64,000 nt of DNA from Acidobacteriota bacterium (GTDB lineage Bacteria; Acidobacteriota; UBA6911; RPQK01; CBDAPI01): NCBI GenBank assembly GCA_965205345.1, contig CBDBGQ010000024.1:253-64252 (forward strand). The letters are read 5' to 3'. Both the position numbers and the translations under genes were made by a program. Of this stretch, positions 8,141 through 17,015 are shown in pieces; positions within the stretch are counted from its first letter, which is position 1, and each line of letters opens with the position of its first letter. The notes under the pieces are model-generated. The model saw nothing but the letters and a program-made list of their open reading frames with translations, was not told the origin of the DNA and made no database searches.

Positions 8141-9791
8141 CCCGGATTATGCAAAAACCGTAGTCCGGTGTTGAAAAACGAGTCGAGAAGTGGCCCAACT
8201 CGGAAGCGGGCAGGTGTGACAGGCGGATTTGCGAAGAATATCGGTTGGGGAGGCGTTTGAGTGGTTGGGGGAGTGAATTTCAGACAGATCTGGGCCTGGA
8301 TGAGTATCGGAAGCGGTTTTTTGGGGAACTGGGAGAAGCTAGCTGGAGTTGAGGCGACTCAAGACGAGGTGGAAGAGGGGTTGTTCGGGAAAGGCTGAGG
8401 AAAGATGGACCCAGATGCGTCGAGTGGTTTGTCGGATGCGGGCCCCGATCTTGAGGACACGACGACGTAAGGTTTCGATTTCGAGCTTGTGCCAGGGAGT
8501 CCCGTGCAGATAGTCGCGGAGGCGCACGAACATCTGGTAAGCCAGTGCATGCAGGAGGAGTCGAAACTGATTGGCCAGGAATCGATGACAGCTGAGTCGG
8601 TCCATGCTCAGATGATTCTTGAAGGCCTTGATGAAGTTCTCGGTCTGCCCTCGGTTTGTATAGTGGTCATAAAGTGATTGGGAGCAGAGATCGTCCCGGT
8701 TGGTGACCACAAAGCGACGATTGATCCCGCGCTGATCGACCTCCACTTTGACAATGACGCGACGGGATCGATCCCAGCTCTTGGCTCGATAAAGAAACTC
8801 GTCAAACTGACGCTGTTTTTCCTCCAGCTCAACGAACTGCAGCCGAGTCGAATCCAGCAGCGGCTCGACCACTCGCTGCAGGCGAGGGTTTCGACTTAAC
8901 CCAATGACATATTGGAGTTGATTCTCTTCACCTTCACAGAACTCGTAGAGCCGAGGCGTGGCAAAGCCGCTGTCGGCCCGAATCTCAATCTCGACATCCG
9001 TCCCCACTCCTTGTCGGATGGCCTCCACGACTCGCTTCAGAATGGGCACGATGTGAGAGGCAGCCCCCTTGTTGCCAGGTCTCAACACGACACACACCAG
9101 GTCGCCCGTGTCGGCATCGAAGATCAGCAAAGGATGCAGAATGTGGTTTCGGTAATACCCATGGTAGAAGGAGAACTCCTGCTGACCGTGAGTGTGGTCG
9201 TCGGTACTGTCCAGATCCAGGATGATCTTGCTGGGACGTCTCTTCTTCAGGGAGCGCACATAACGGCCTAGCAGCCACTGGCTCAGACGCATCAGATCCT
9301 TCTTGGTGACGGAGTTCTCCAAACGGGAGAAAGTCGGCTGGGTGGCCAAATCGGGATCGCTCTCGGGCAACTGATCACAGACTGTCTTGAGCATCGGATC
9401 GGAGCGCAGCGTATCGGCGTCATTACAGTCTTCGTAGCCGGCCACGATCTGCAAGACTCGTTGTCGAATCAACTTCAACAGGTCATGACGAACGTAGCGT
9501 CGGTCCCGGCTTTCCGAAATACACGAACTGAAGCCCTCGCACAACCGATGTTGCCGATCCAGCGATCCAAACAACAACCATCCTGCGTCGGAAGTCAGAC
9601 TCCCCCCATCAAAACGCGCCGTGATCTTTCGGTGGCTGTGAAATAGCAGGGTATTCTGGCAGACTGCTTTCAACATTGCCGTAGCTCCTGTTTAGGGTCG
9701 TTGTTTATGTAAACCCTTTTATATCAGAGAGCTACGGCCTTTTTTCTGGGCCCAAATCTCACTCGGATTCAGATCTCATGCATAATCCGGG
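8141..9791 (-). mobile_element. IS1380-family insertion sequence, copy 2
   Basis: Same IRs as copy 1; flanks CTAG (left) and CTAA (right) do not match. Confidence 0.93.
8339..9676 (-). CDS. IS1380-family DDE transposase
   Basis: 445 aa, differs from copy 1 at one visible residue (H/R in DLMxLSQ). Confidence 0.93.
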   Translation of the reverse strand: MLKAVCQNTLLFHSHRKITARFDGGSLTSDAGWLLFGSLDRQHRLCEGFSSCISESRDRRYVRHDLLKLIRQRVLQIVAGYEDCNDADTLRSDPMLKTVCDQLPESDPDLATQPTFSRLENSVTKKDLMRLSQWLLGRYVRSLKKRRPSKIILDLDSTDDHTHGQQEFSFYHGYYRNHILHPLLIFDADTGDLVCVVLRPGNKGAASHIVPILKRVVEAIRQGVGTDVEIEIRADSGFATPRLYEFCEGEENQLQYVIGLSRNPRLQRVVEPLLDSTRLQFVELEEKQRQFDEFLYRAKSWDRSRRVIVKVEVDQRGINRRFVVTNRDDLCSQSLYDHYTNRGQTENFIKAFKNHLSMDRLSCHRFLANQFRLLLHALAYQMFVRLRDYLHGTPWHKLEIETLRRRVLKIGARIRQTTRRIWVHLSSAFPEQPLFHLVLSRLNSS

Positions 9792-9923
9792 CTAAACAGG
9801 TACTCCGCAGCGGGCTCTGACTGTCGGGGGAAGAAGCCTGGTCCAGTTTTTTCCTGGCCTCACCGCAAGTCATCTGGAAGTTTTTTCTTGACAACAGATG
9901 CGCTCTCGTCGATTGTCCTGAGG

Positions 9924-11165
9924 ATGCCATACCGCCTGATGCGCTTCGCGCTCAGCAAGCATTACCCGGAGCCGCGAATGTTTCGGGCTCCGGATCGGCT
10001 CAAGCCCCGCTATGACGTCGTCATCATCGGAGGCGGGGGGCATGGCCTCGCCTGTGCCTATCACCTGGCCCGCGACCATGGGATCCATGATGTCGCGGTT
10101 CTGGAAAAAAGCTACATTGGCGCCGGGGGCACGGGGCGAAACACGGCGATTATCCGATCCAACTATCTGACGCCTGAGGGCGTACGCTTCTATGACCGCA
10201 GTGTTCAGCTTTTTGAAGAGCTCTCGGCCGACCTGAACCTGAATCTCTTCTATTCTCAACGCGGCCACTTCACCCTGGCTCACTCGGATGCAGCCTTGCG
10301 GACCATGCGCTGGCGGGCCGAAGTCAACAAGCATCTGGGAGTCGACAGCGAGGTTGTGGACCGGGCATTCATCCGAAAGAGATGTCCCCAGATGGATCTG
10401 GACTGCGGACACAACATGCCGGTTCTGGGCGCCCTTTTTCATCCCCCTGGAGCGATCGCCCGCCACGATGCCGTGGCCTGGGGCTACGCGCGCGGCGCCG
10501 ACCGGCAGGGAGTCGAGATTCACCAGAACACAGAGGTGACCGGAATCCGGGTCAGCGGCGGCAGGGTAACGGGAGTTGAAACCAACCGCGGCGTCATCGA
10601 GACGAGGAAAGTTCTTTCGGCGGTTGCGGGTTTCACACCCCGAATCACGGAAATGGTGAATCTTCGATCGCCGATCGTCGTTTTTCCCCTCCAGGCCTGT
10701 GTCACCGAACCTCTCAAACCCTGGCTGAACACGATCATCGTCTCTGCCAGCTTTCATCTCTATGTCAGTCAGTCTTCGCGCGGAGAACTGGTTATGGGCG
10801 CCTCCCTGGATCCCTATGAAGTTCACTCTCTGCGCTCCACCCTGGACTTCGCCGAAGGGCTTGCCAGCCACATGCTGGAGCTCTTTCCCTTCCTCTCAGG
10901 CGTACGTGTCCTGCGGCAGTGGTCGGGACTCTCGGACATGACTCCGGACTTCTCACCCATCATGGGGAGGACGCCCGTGGAGGGCTTTTACCTCGACACG
11001 GGCTGGGGCACCTGGGGTTTCAAGGCCACCCCGGTGTGCGGGGAAACCATGGCCTACACAATTGCCAATGATCAGGAACATGAGCTCATCAAGTCGTTTC
11101 CCCTTTCTCGATTTGAGGAGTTCAGTCTGGTGGGGGAAAAAGGAGCCGCATCCGTAGGGCACTGA
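9924..11165 (+). CDS. Sarcosine oxidase beta-like / N-methylglutamate dehydrogenase subunit A-like flavoprotein
   Basis: YDVVIIGGGGHGLA, GTGRNTAIIRSNY, DMTPDFSPI, GWGTWGFKATP motifs. Confidence 0.88.
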   Translation: MPYRLMRFALSKHYPEPRMFRAPDRLKPRYDVVIIGGGGHGLACAYHLARDHGIHDVAVLEKSYIGAGGTGRNTAIIRSNYLTPEGVRFYDRSVQLFEELSADLNLNLFYSQRGHFTLAHSDAALRTMRWRAEVNKHLGVDSEVVDRAFIRKRCPQMDLDCGHNMPVLGALFHPPGAIARHDAVAWGYARGADRQGVEIHQNTEVTGIRVSGGRVTGVETNRGVIETRKVLSAVAGFTPRITEMVNLRSPIVVFPLQACVTEPLKPWLNTIIVSASFHLYVSQSSRGELVMGASLDPYEVHSLRSTLDFAEGLASHMLELFPFLSGVRVLRQWSGLSDMTPDFSPIMGRTPVEGFYLDTGWGTWGFKATPVCGETMAYTIANDQEHELIKSFPLSRFEEFSLVGEKGAASVGH

Positions 11166-11176
11166 AATGAAATGAA

Positions 11177-11443
11177 ATGAAACTGCTTCGATGCCCGGTG
11201 AACGGGCCGCGCCCCTTACAGGAGTTCGTGTTCGGCGGGGAATGCCGGACCATGCCCGATCCTCAGTCCGTCTCGGATCGGGAGTGGGGCGACTACGTCT
11301 TCAATCGCTCCGGGGCTCCCGGGGTAAAGCGCGAATGGTGGTATCACATCGCCAGCGGCGTCTGGTTCATCGCCGAGCGCGACACTCTCGAGGACAGGAT
11401 CATTCGCACCTATCTCTTCGAGGACATGGAAGATCATGAGTGA
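11177..11443 (+). CDS. Sarcosine oxidase delta-like subunit (MgdB-like)
   Basis: 88 aa; CPVNGPR..EF..GGE, EWWYH, ERDT motifs. Confidence 0.85.
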   Translation: MKLLRCPVNGPRPLQEFVFGGECRTMPDPQSVSDREWGDYVFNRSGAPGVKREWWYHIASGVWFIAERDTLEDRIIRTYLFEDMEDHE

Positions 11444-14345
11444 TCGCCTTCCAGCGCAGCCCGGAGAGTGGATCGATCGCAGCCGGCCGGTGCGATTTCG
11501 GTTTGAGGGACGGGAGTATTCCGGCTTTGCCGGCGACACCGTCAGCACGGCTCTGTGGGCCAAGGGAGTTCGGGTGCTGGGCCGAAGTTTCAAATACCAC
11601 CGCCCTCGCGGGCTTTTTGGTCTTTCCGACATCGACTGTAACGCCATGATGGAGAGTTCGGATCGCACCAACATCCGGGCCGATTTGACTCCCATTGAAG
11701 AGGGAATGGATCTGCGGGCCGTCAACACTCTGGGGGGAGTTCGCAATGACCGGCTGCGCCTGCTGGATTACTTTGGTGCCCTGACTCCTGTCGGTTTCTA
11801 CTACAAGGCCTTCCACACTCCCAGGGTGCTCTTCCCTTTCTATGAGAACCGGATCCGCCAGCTGGCGGGACTGGGCCGGATCAAGGAGCAACTCGGGATC
11901 GAGCCTTCTCCAAAGGACTATGCCTTTGCGGAGCTTTTGGTGGTTGGGGGAGGTCCCGCCGGCCTCTCGGCCGCCCTGGAGGCAGCCAGGAATGGCGTTC
12001 GCGTGATGCTCGTGGATGAGCACCCTCACCTGGGAGGTTCGCTCGGCTACCAGCACCTGCGAGCCGGTGGTGCCGACCAGTTGGGCAGCCTTCTGGAGAA
12101 TCTGGCCAATCAGGGCAATCTCCAGGTTCGCAAGGCCAGCACCGCTGTGGGCTGGTACGGGGATCACTGGATCGCACTGGTCGACGATTCCCGGCTCACC
12201 AAACTGAGAGCCCGGGCTACCCTGGTCGCCAGTGGCTGCTACGAGCAGCCGGCTGTCTTCCGCAACAATGATCTCCCGGGTGTGATGCTGGGCGGTGCGG
12301 CTCAACGGCTCATCCATCAGTATGCCGTCAAGCCCTTCTCGAAGGGAGTCGTGCTGGCAGCCAATTCAGACGGGTATCGAGTGGCCCTGGACCTTCTGGG
12401 GGCCGGAGCAGGTGTTGCAGGAATTGTTGATCTTCGCCCCGGGGGAGAGGATTCCGGTCTGGCAGCGGAGTGCACGAATCGGGGAATCGAGATCCATCCA
12501 GGTCATGCCATTTACGAAGCGGTTGCCAGCAGAGGAAAGAGGGGAATCCGCCAGGTCGTTCTCTGTCCCTGCGACTCGTCCGGCGAGGTGGACCCGGCAC
12601 AGCGCCGGATCTTGAGCTGCGATGGTGTTGCCGTGAGTGTGGGATGGGCTCCTGCCGACAGCCTTCTGCGTCAGGCGCGCACCCGAATGGAATATGTTGA
12701 GCAGCTCGAGCAGTTCGTCCCGGTGGAACTCCCGGCGGGGGTGTTCGCGGCAGGAAGAGTCAACGGGGTCTATGACCTGAGCGCCCAGCTCGAGGACGGA
12801 CGCCGGGCAGGACGTGAAGCGGCAGCCTATTTGCGCTCTGACCGATTGACCAGGACGATGCCCGAACGGACCGGACCGCCTCGAAGTCACCCTTACCCGG
12901 TGGTGCCCCATCCCCGGTCCAAGAACTTTGTGGACCTCGACGAGGATCTCCAGTTGAAGGACTTTGAGTACGCCTATCAGGAGGGGTACGACAGCCCCGA
13001 ACTGCTCAAACGGTACTCCACTTTTGGAATGGGACCCAGTCAGGGAAAGCATTCCAATCTGCTCTCGGTCCGGATCCTGAGTCGACTGCGCGGTGAGGGG
13101 ATGGGAGGCAAGAAGCTGACCACGGCGCGACCCTTCACGCGGCCCGTAGGTCTGGGCATTCTGGCCGGCAGGATTTTTACGGCTCGCCGCCGCACACCCA
13201 CCCATGAGTGTCACGAGAACCTGGGTGCCAAACTCATGTTTGCCGGGAACTGGCTGCGACCGGAGTACTACCCCATGGAAGGGCGGTCACGCCGGGAGTG
13301 CATCGCCGAAGAAGCGCTCGCCGTCCGCAGCAACCTCGGGCTTATCGACCTGGGCACCCTGGGAAAGCTCGAAATCAGCGGCTCCGACTGCGTTACCTTT
13401 CTGGAGCGCATCTATACCGGCCTCTTCGCCAAATTGAACGTGGGTATGAGCCGCTACGGCGTGATGTGCGATGAGTCGGGAGTGATGATTGACGATGGGA
13501 TTCTGGCTCGGCTCGCCGAAGATCGTTTTTACGTCAGCACCACCAGCACCGGTTCGGACGCGATCTACCGGGAATTCCAGCGCTGGATTATTGAATGGGG
13601 TTTGAATGTCGTCCTGGTCAATGCCACCAGTCAGTATGGAGCCATGAATCTGGCGGGACCGCGCTCCCGGGAGGCCCTGCAGCCCTTAACCGAGGTCGAT
13701 CTCAGCCCCGAGACGTTTCCCTATCTGGGAATTCGGGAGGGCCTGGTGGCGGGGGTACCCGCCCGGCTGTCCAGGGTCGGTTTCGTGGGAGAGCTGGGAT
13801 ACGAAATTCATGTCCAGGCTGACGGTGCTGTGAGCGTCTGGAAGGCCCTGATAGAAAGGGGAAAGGAGTTTGACATTCGCCCCTTTGGGGTGGAAGCTCA
13901 GAGGCTCTTACGCCTCGAAAAGGCCCATCTGATCCTGGGGCAGGACACGGACGGACTGACCATCCCTTTTGAAGCCGGTCTGGGCTGGGCCGTGAAGATG
14001 GGCAAGCCTTTCTTTGTGGGTCAACGAAGCCTGGCCATTCTTCAGCAAAAGGAGCTCACCAGAAAGCTGGTCGGCTTTACTCTGGACCAGGAGCAGGGTC
14101 TTCGCCCCAAGGAGTGTCATCTGGTCATCGAGGATGATCAGATTTCGGGACGAGTCACCAGCGTCGCTTTCAGCCATGAACTTCAACGAGTGATTGGGCT
14201 GGTCTACCTGCGGCCCGATCGAGGTACACCCGGAACCCGTTTCCAGATCCGAGCGGACGGAGGGGCCATGGTCGCGGCAACGGTTGCCGAGACTCCATTC
14301 TACGATCCGGGCAACCACCGGCAGAAAGGCTCTTCGCAAGACTGA
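11436..14345 (+). CDS. Sarcosine oxidase alpha-like subunit (MgdC-like), with GcvT-like folate domain
   Basis: GRSFKYHRPRG, VGGGPAG, KRYSTFGMGPSQGK, SRVGFVGELGYE, LRLEKAH motifs. Confidence 0.9.
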   Translation: MSDRLPAQPGEWIDRSRPVRFRFEGREYSGFAGDTVSTALWAKGVRVLGRSFKYHRPRGLFGLSDIDCNAMMESSDRTNIRADLTPIEEGMDLRAVNTLGGVRNDRLRLLDYFGALTPVGFYYKAFHTPRVLFPFYENRIRQLAGLGRIKEQLGIEPSPKDYAFAELLVVGGGPAGLSAALEAARNGVRVMLVDEHPHLGGSLGYQHLRAGGADQLGSLLENLANQGNLQVRKASTAVGWYGDHWIALVDDSRLTKLRARATLVASGCYEQPAVFRNNDLPGVMLGGAAQRLIHQYAVKPFSKGVVLAANSDGYRVALDLLGAGAGVAGIVDLRPGGEDSGLAAECTNRGIEIHPGHAIYEAVASRGKRGIRQVVLCPCDSSGEVDPAQRRILSCDGVAVSVGWAPADSLLRQARTRMEYVEQLEQFVPVELPAGVFAAGRVNGVYDLSAQLEDGRRAGREAAAYLRSDRLTRTMPERTGPPRSHPYPVVPHPRSKNFVDLDEDLQLKDFEYAYQEGYDSPELLKRYSTFGMGPSQGKHSNLLSVRILSRLRGEGMGGKKLTTARPFTRPVGLGILAGRIFTARRRTPTHECHENLGAKLMFAGNWLRPEYYPMEGRSRRECIAEEALAVRSNLGLIDLGTLGKLEISGSDCVTFLERIYTGLFAKLNVGMSRYGVMCDESGVMIDDGILARLAEDRFYVSTTSTGSDAIYREFQRWIIEWGLNVVLVNATSQYGAMNLAGPRSREALQPLTEVDLSPETFPYLGIREGLVAGVPARLSRVGFVGELGYEIHVQADGAVSVWKALIERGKEFDIRPFGVEAQRLLRLEKAHLILGQDTDGLTIPFEAGLGWAVKMGKPFFVGQRSLAILQQKELTRKLVGFTLDQEQGLRPKECHLVIEDDQISGRVTSVAFSHELQRVIGLVYLRPDRGTPGTRFQIRADGGAMVAATVAETPFYDPGNHRQKGSSQD

Positions 14346-14346
14346 C

Positions 14347-15009
14347 ATGTACCAGCGCCAGAGTCCCATGCAGCCCCTTTTGAGTGAGTTGAACCCGACC
14401 TGGGAGGAACGATTTTGGAGCCGGGTTCCTGTCCACTTCGGCAACCAGGAGGAGGAACGCAGGCAGCTTGGTGATCTGGGACTGTGCGATCTCAGCTTTC
14501 TCCCCAAGCTGGGAGTCAAGGGCCCACTGGCTGAGAACTGGTTGAATGAAGAGGGGATCGAAACGCCGGGCCAGGTTTACCAGATCACGCAATCCGAAAT
14601 CGACCCTCTAGTGGCACGAGTGGATCGAAATGAGTTCGTCCTGGAAGACGATCTGCGAGGAGATCGAATTCAAGGCCTGTCGCAGGCCCTGGGGGCCGGG
14701 CAACCCGGAGCTTATCGAGTGAACCGCCAGGAGGCTTCTGTCCTGATCAGTGGCCGCCTGGCTCCCCTGGTTCTGGCCCAGACCTGCGCCTATGACTTCG
14801 AGTCGGCAGCAGAGAAACTGGTCATGACCCGCGTGGCTGTGGTTTCCTGCTCCGTTTTACCCGTGCGCATCGGAGAAACAGAAGGCTTCAGGCTCTGGTT
14901 CAGCCCTGCTTACGGAGTTTATTTGTGGGAGAACCTCCTGGCCATCGTGCGCGACCTGGGCGGGGCACCGGTTGGCGTCGGCTGTCTCCTTTCCTCACAA
15001 CCAGTCTGA
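14347..15009 (+). CDS. Sarcosine oxidase gamma-like subunit (MgdD-like)
   Basis: Fourth gene of the operon, ATG 2 nt after the alpha stop; DLSFLPKLGVKG and PAYGVYLWENL motifs. Confidence 0.78.
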   Translation: MYQRQSPMQPLLSELNPTWEERFWSRVPVHFGNQEEERRQLGDLGLCDLSFLPKLGVKGPLAENWLNEEGIETPGQVYQITQSEIDPLVARVDRNEFVLEDDLRGDRIQGLSQALGAGQPGAYRVNRQEASVLISGRLAPLVLAQTCAYDFESAAEKLVMTRVAVVSCSVLPVRIGETEGFRLWFSPAYGVYLWENLLAIVRDLGGAPVGVGCLLSSQPV

Positions 15010-15040
15010 ACCACCGGGAGCCTCGTACATTGAAGACGGT

Positions 15041-15160
15041 GTGACAGGCTGGCAAAGAATGGGAGCGGGTTCCATGCCGCGAACTGTTCGGACCACGGAG
15101 GGTCCTCCCACACTGGGGTGACCCTGTTCGGACCACGACGGGTCCATTATTCGGACCACG
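15041..15160. repeat. REP-like element plus three TTCGGACCACG sub-repeats
   Basis: Homologous to 1790-1865; lies between convergent genes. Confidence 0.7.
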
Positions 15161-16465
15161 CTACCAGGTTTTTCTGGGCTGGGCGCTGTTCCACTCGGCT
15201 TGGCTGACCGACCGGGACTGCTGGAGAAAAACGAAAGCGCCATTCTTGTTCCCGATTACAAAGTCGAGCAGGCCATCTTTGTTCAGGTCTCCCGTCACCA
15301 GCTGCCGGCCAACGCCCGAATTATCGTCGATCCGGTGAGGTACGTACTCCACCTTCCCATCATGACGGGTCAGTTTGAACCAGTAGATGACAGCCGGCTC
15401 TCGAGAACCCGGGTCATGGAAGTCATGTGCACGATAGGTTTTCCCCGTGAGGATGTCCTTGAGCCCATCGTTGTCGACATCCACAACGGCCAGGGCATGC
15501 AGCTGTGAGAACTGGACTCCGTAGGGATTGTCAGTGTTCTCGGCCGCCCTGCTCATGAGCACATGCTCCGCAAAATCGATCTGGCCATCTTCGCCGCGAG
15601 ACTGCTCAAACCAGCTCAGCCCCCAGCCATGCCCATTCAGGCTGGAAACGATGTCGTTCAAACCATCCCCGTTCACGTCGTAGGCGAACATCTGAGAGCC
15701 GCCCCGCTCAGCGAACTTGAAGCTGTGGTATTCCCACTCGGGATCCCCCTCCAGGCTCGCCGGCTGCTGCCACCAGCCATCCTTGATGATCATATCGGCT
15801 CTTCCATCTCCATCGATGTCGCCAAAGCCCAGACCGTGCATGTAGTGGTGAAGCTGCCGCTCCGCCGAGATGGGATGAAAAGGCCAGGGTTTTGTGGGAT
15901 CGGATTCGTCCGGCCTGGCATAACCCATCCTGTTTCCATAGCCGAAGATCAGTTCGGGCTTTCCGTCTCCCGTCAAATCTCCAAAGCGGGGAGCCTCCAG
16001 TTTGACCTGATCGATCACGTCATGGCGCTTCCAGTGAACCGGAGCCCCCTTCGGTCTTCCCTGAAATGAGATCCGGGGATTCTCGTACCAGTAGGCCGGC
16101 TTGTTGGGCAAGCCGACAGTCAGGACATCGCTCCACCCATCGTGATTGAAGTCGTGTACCCAGGCGAAGAAATTGTCCAGTGCATACACCTGAAGATCGT
16201 TAGACCCGCGCTTGCCAGGAGCAACTGCCGGGTAGAACTCGTGGCGTGCCTTGTAGTCGGGACCCAGATAGATGTGGGCACCTCACACCACATCCAGGTG
16301 GCCGTCCTGGTTGAAATCACCGTAGTCAGCTCCCTCAGACCAGTAGACAGGGGTCAGATGAATCTTCTGAAACTCTTGCAGTTGGTACCCGGTCCGATCT
16401 TCACCCGTGCAAGTCAGCATCAGGCCGCTGAGCAGGGCCATTCCCGTCCATTCTAATCTCATCAC
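15161..16465 (-). pseudogene. FG-GAP/VCBS-repeat secreted protein with in-frame TGA at 16283-16285
   Basis: Repeated DxNxDGxxD motifs; ORFs 16283-16465 and 15161-16189 are in the same frame and read DVV*GAHIYLGPD across the stop. Confidence 0.8.
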
Positions 16466-16541
16466 CCTAGCCTCTCTGCGCTATTTGGAAGGCCATTTTT
16501 CACCTGCTGACATTTTACACTCCCGGGAGAAATTCCCAAGT

Positions 16542-16720
16542 TGTGAACCTTGATCGTTCTTTCACTGGCTCCCATTTCATCGGCGATCTCTTTGTTCTTG
16601 AGACCGGACACGACGAGTGACAGTACCTCCTGTTCCCGGGGAGGGCGCGTCATGGAAAAGATGGGGGCCGAATCCCTGCCTCACCTGGTCCGCTTGTCCG
16701 AAATGCTGGAGTTGAATTGA
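16542..16720. pseudogene. FixJ/LuxR-type response regulator HTH remnant, split across both strands
   Basis: Minus strand 16640-16542 = REQEVLSLVVSGLKNKEIADEMGASERTIKVH; plus strand 16643-16720 = GRVMEKMGAESLPHLVRLSEMLELN*. Confidence 0.8.
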
Positions 16721-17015
16721 TCAGACCAGCGGGGCCCGGATAGGGTTGGTAGGAACAGTGAACGATGAAGCTTGGGACAAAGGCGTCGAACCTTCACCCC
16801 AAGAAAGCCTACGGCAGGCTTTTGGACAGAGGTGCCATCCGTCAATGGCGACACCCTGGACTTTGGAAGATTTAGGTGGGTAGCCCCGCTGCCTGATCAA
16901 CATTTCGATGACAACGATTAGATCAGTCCCGCCAGGTTCTGTAAAGTGGCCTTTAGTAGAACACCCATAGTACTAAAGGGCAGTTTCTCTGCCGTTCTGT
17001 TGTAACGGCAGAGCG

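Noticed and set aside
126-9791. Composite transposon bounded by IS1380 copies 1 and 2
   Set aside because: Copy 1 has its own TSD and the outer flanks (CTAC vs CTAA) differ, so there is no evidence the 9.7 kb moved as a unit.
16245-16285. Selenocysteine recoding of the in-frame TGA
   Set aside because: The position is in a structural FG-GAP repeat where Cys is not expected, and no convincing SECIS hairpin follows.
16717-16900. Identification as 6S RNA or lysine riboswitch
   Set aside because: Size fits 6S and AGAGGTGC occurs, but the multi-branch fold and lack of other consensus elements do not support either call.
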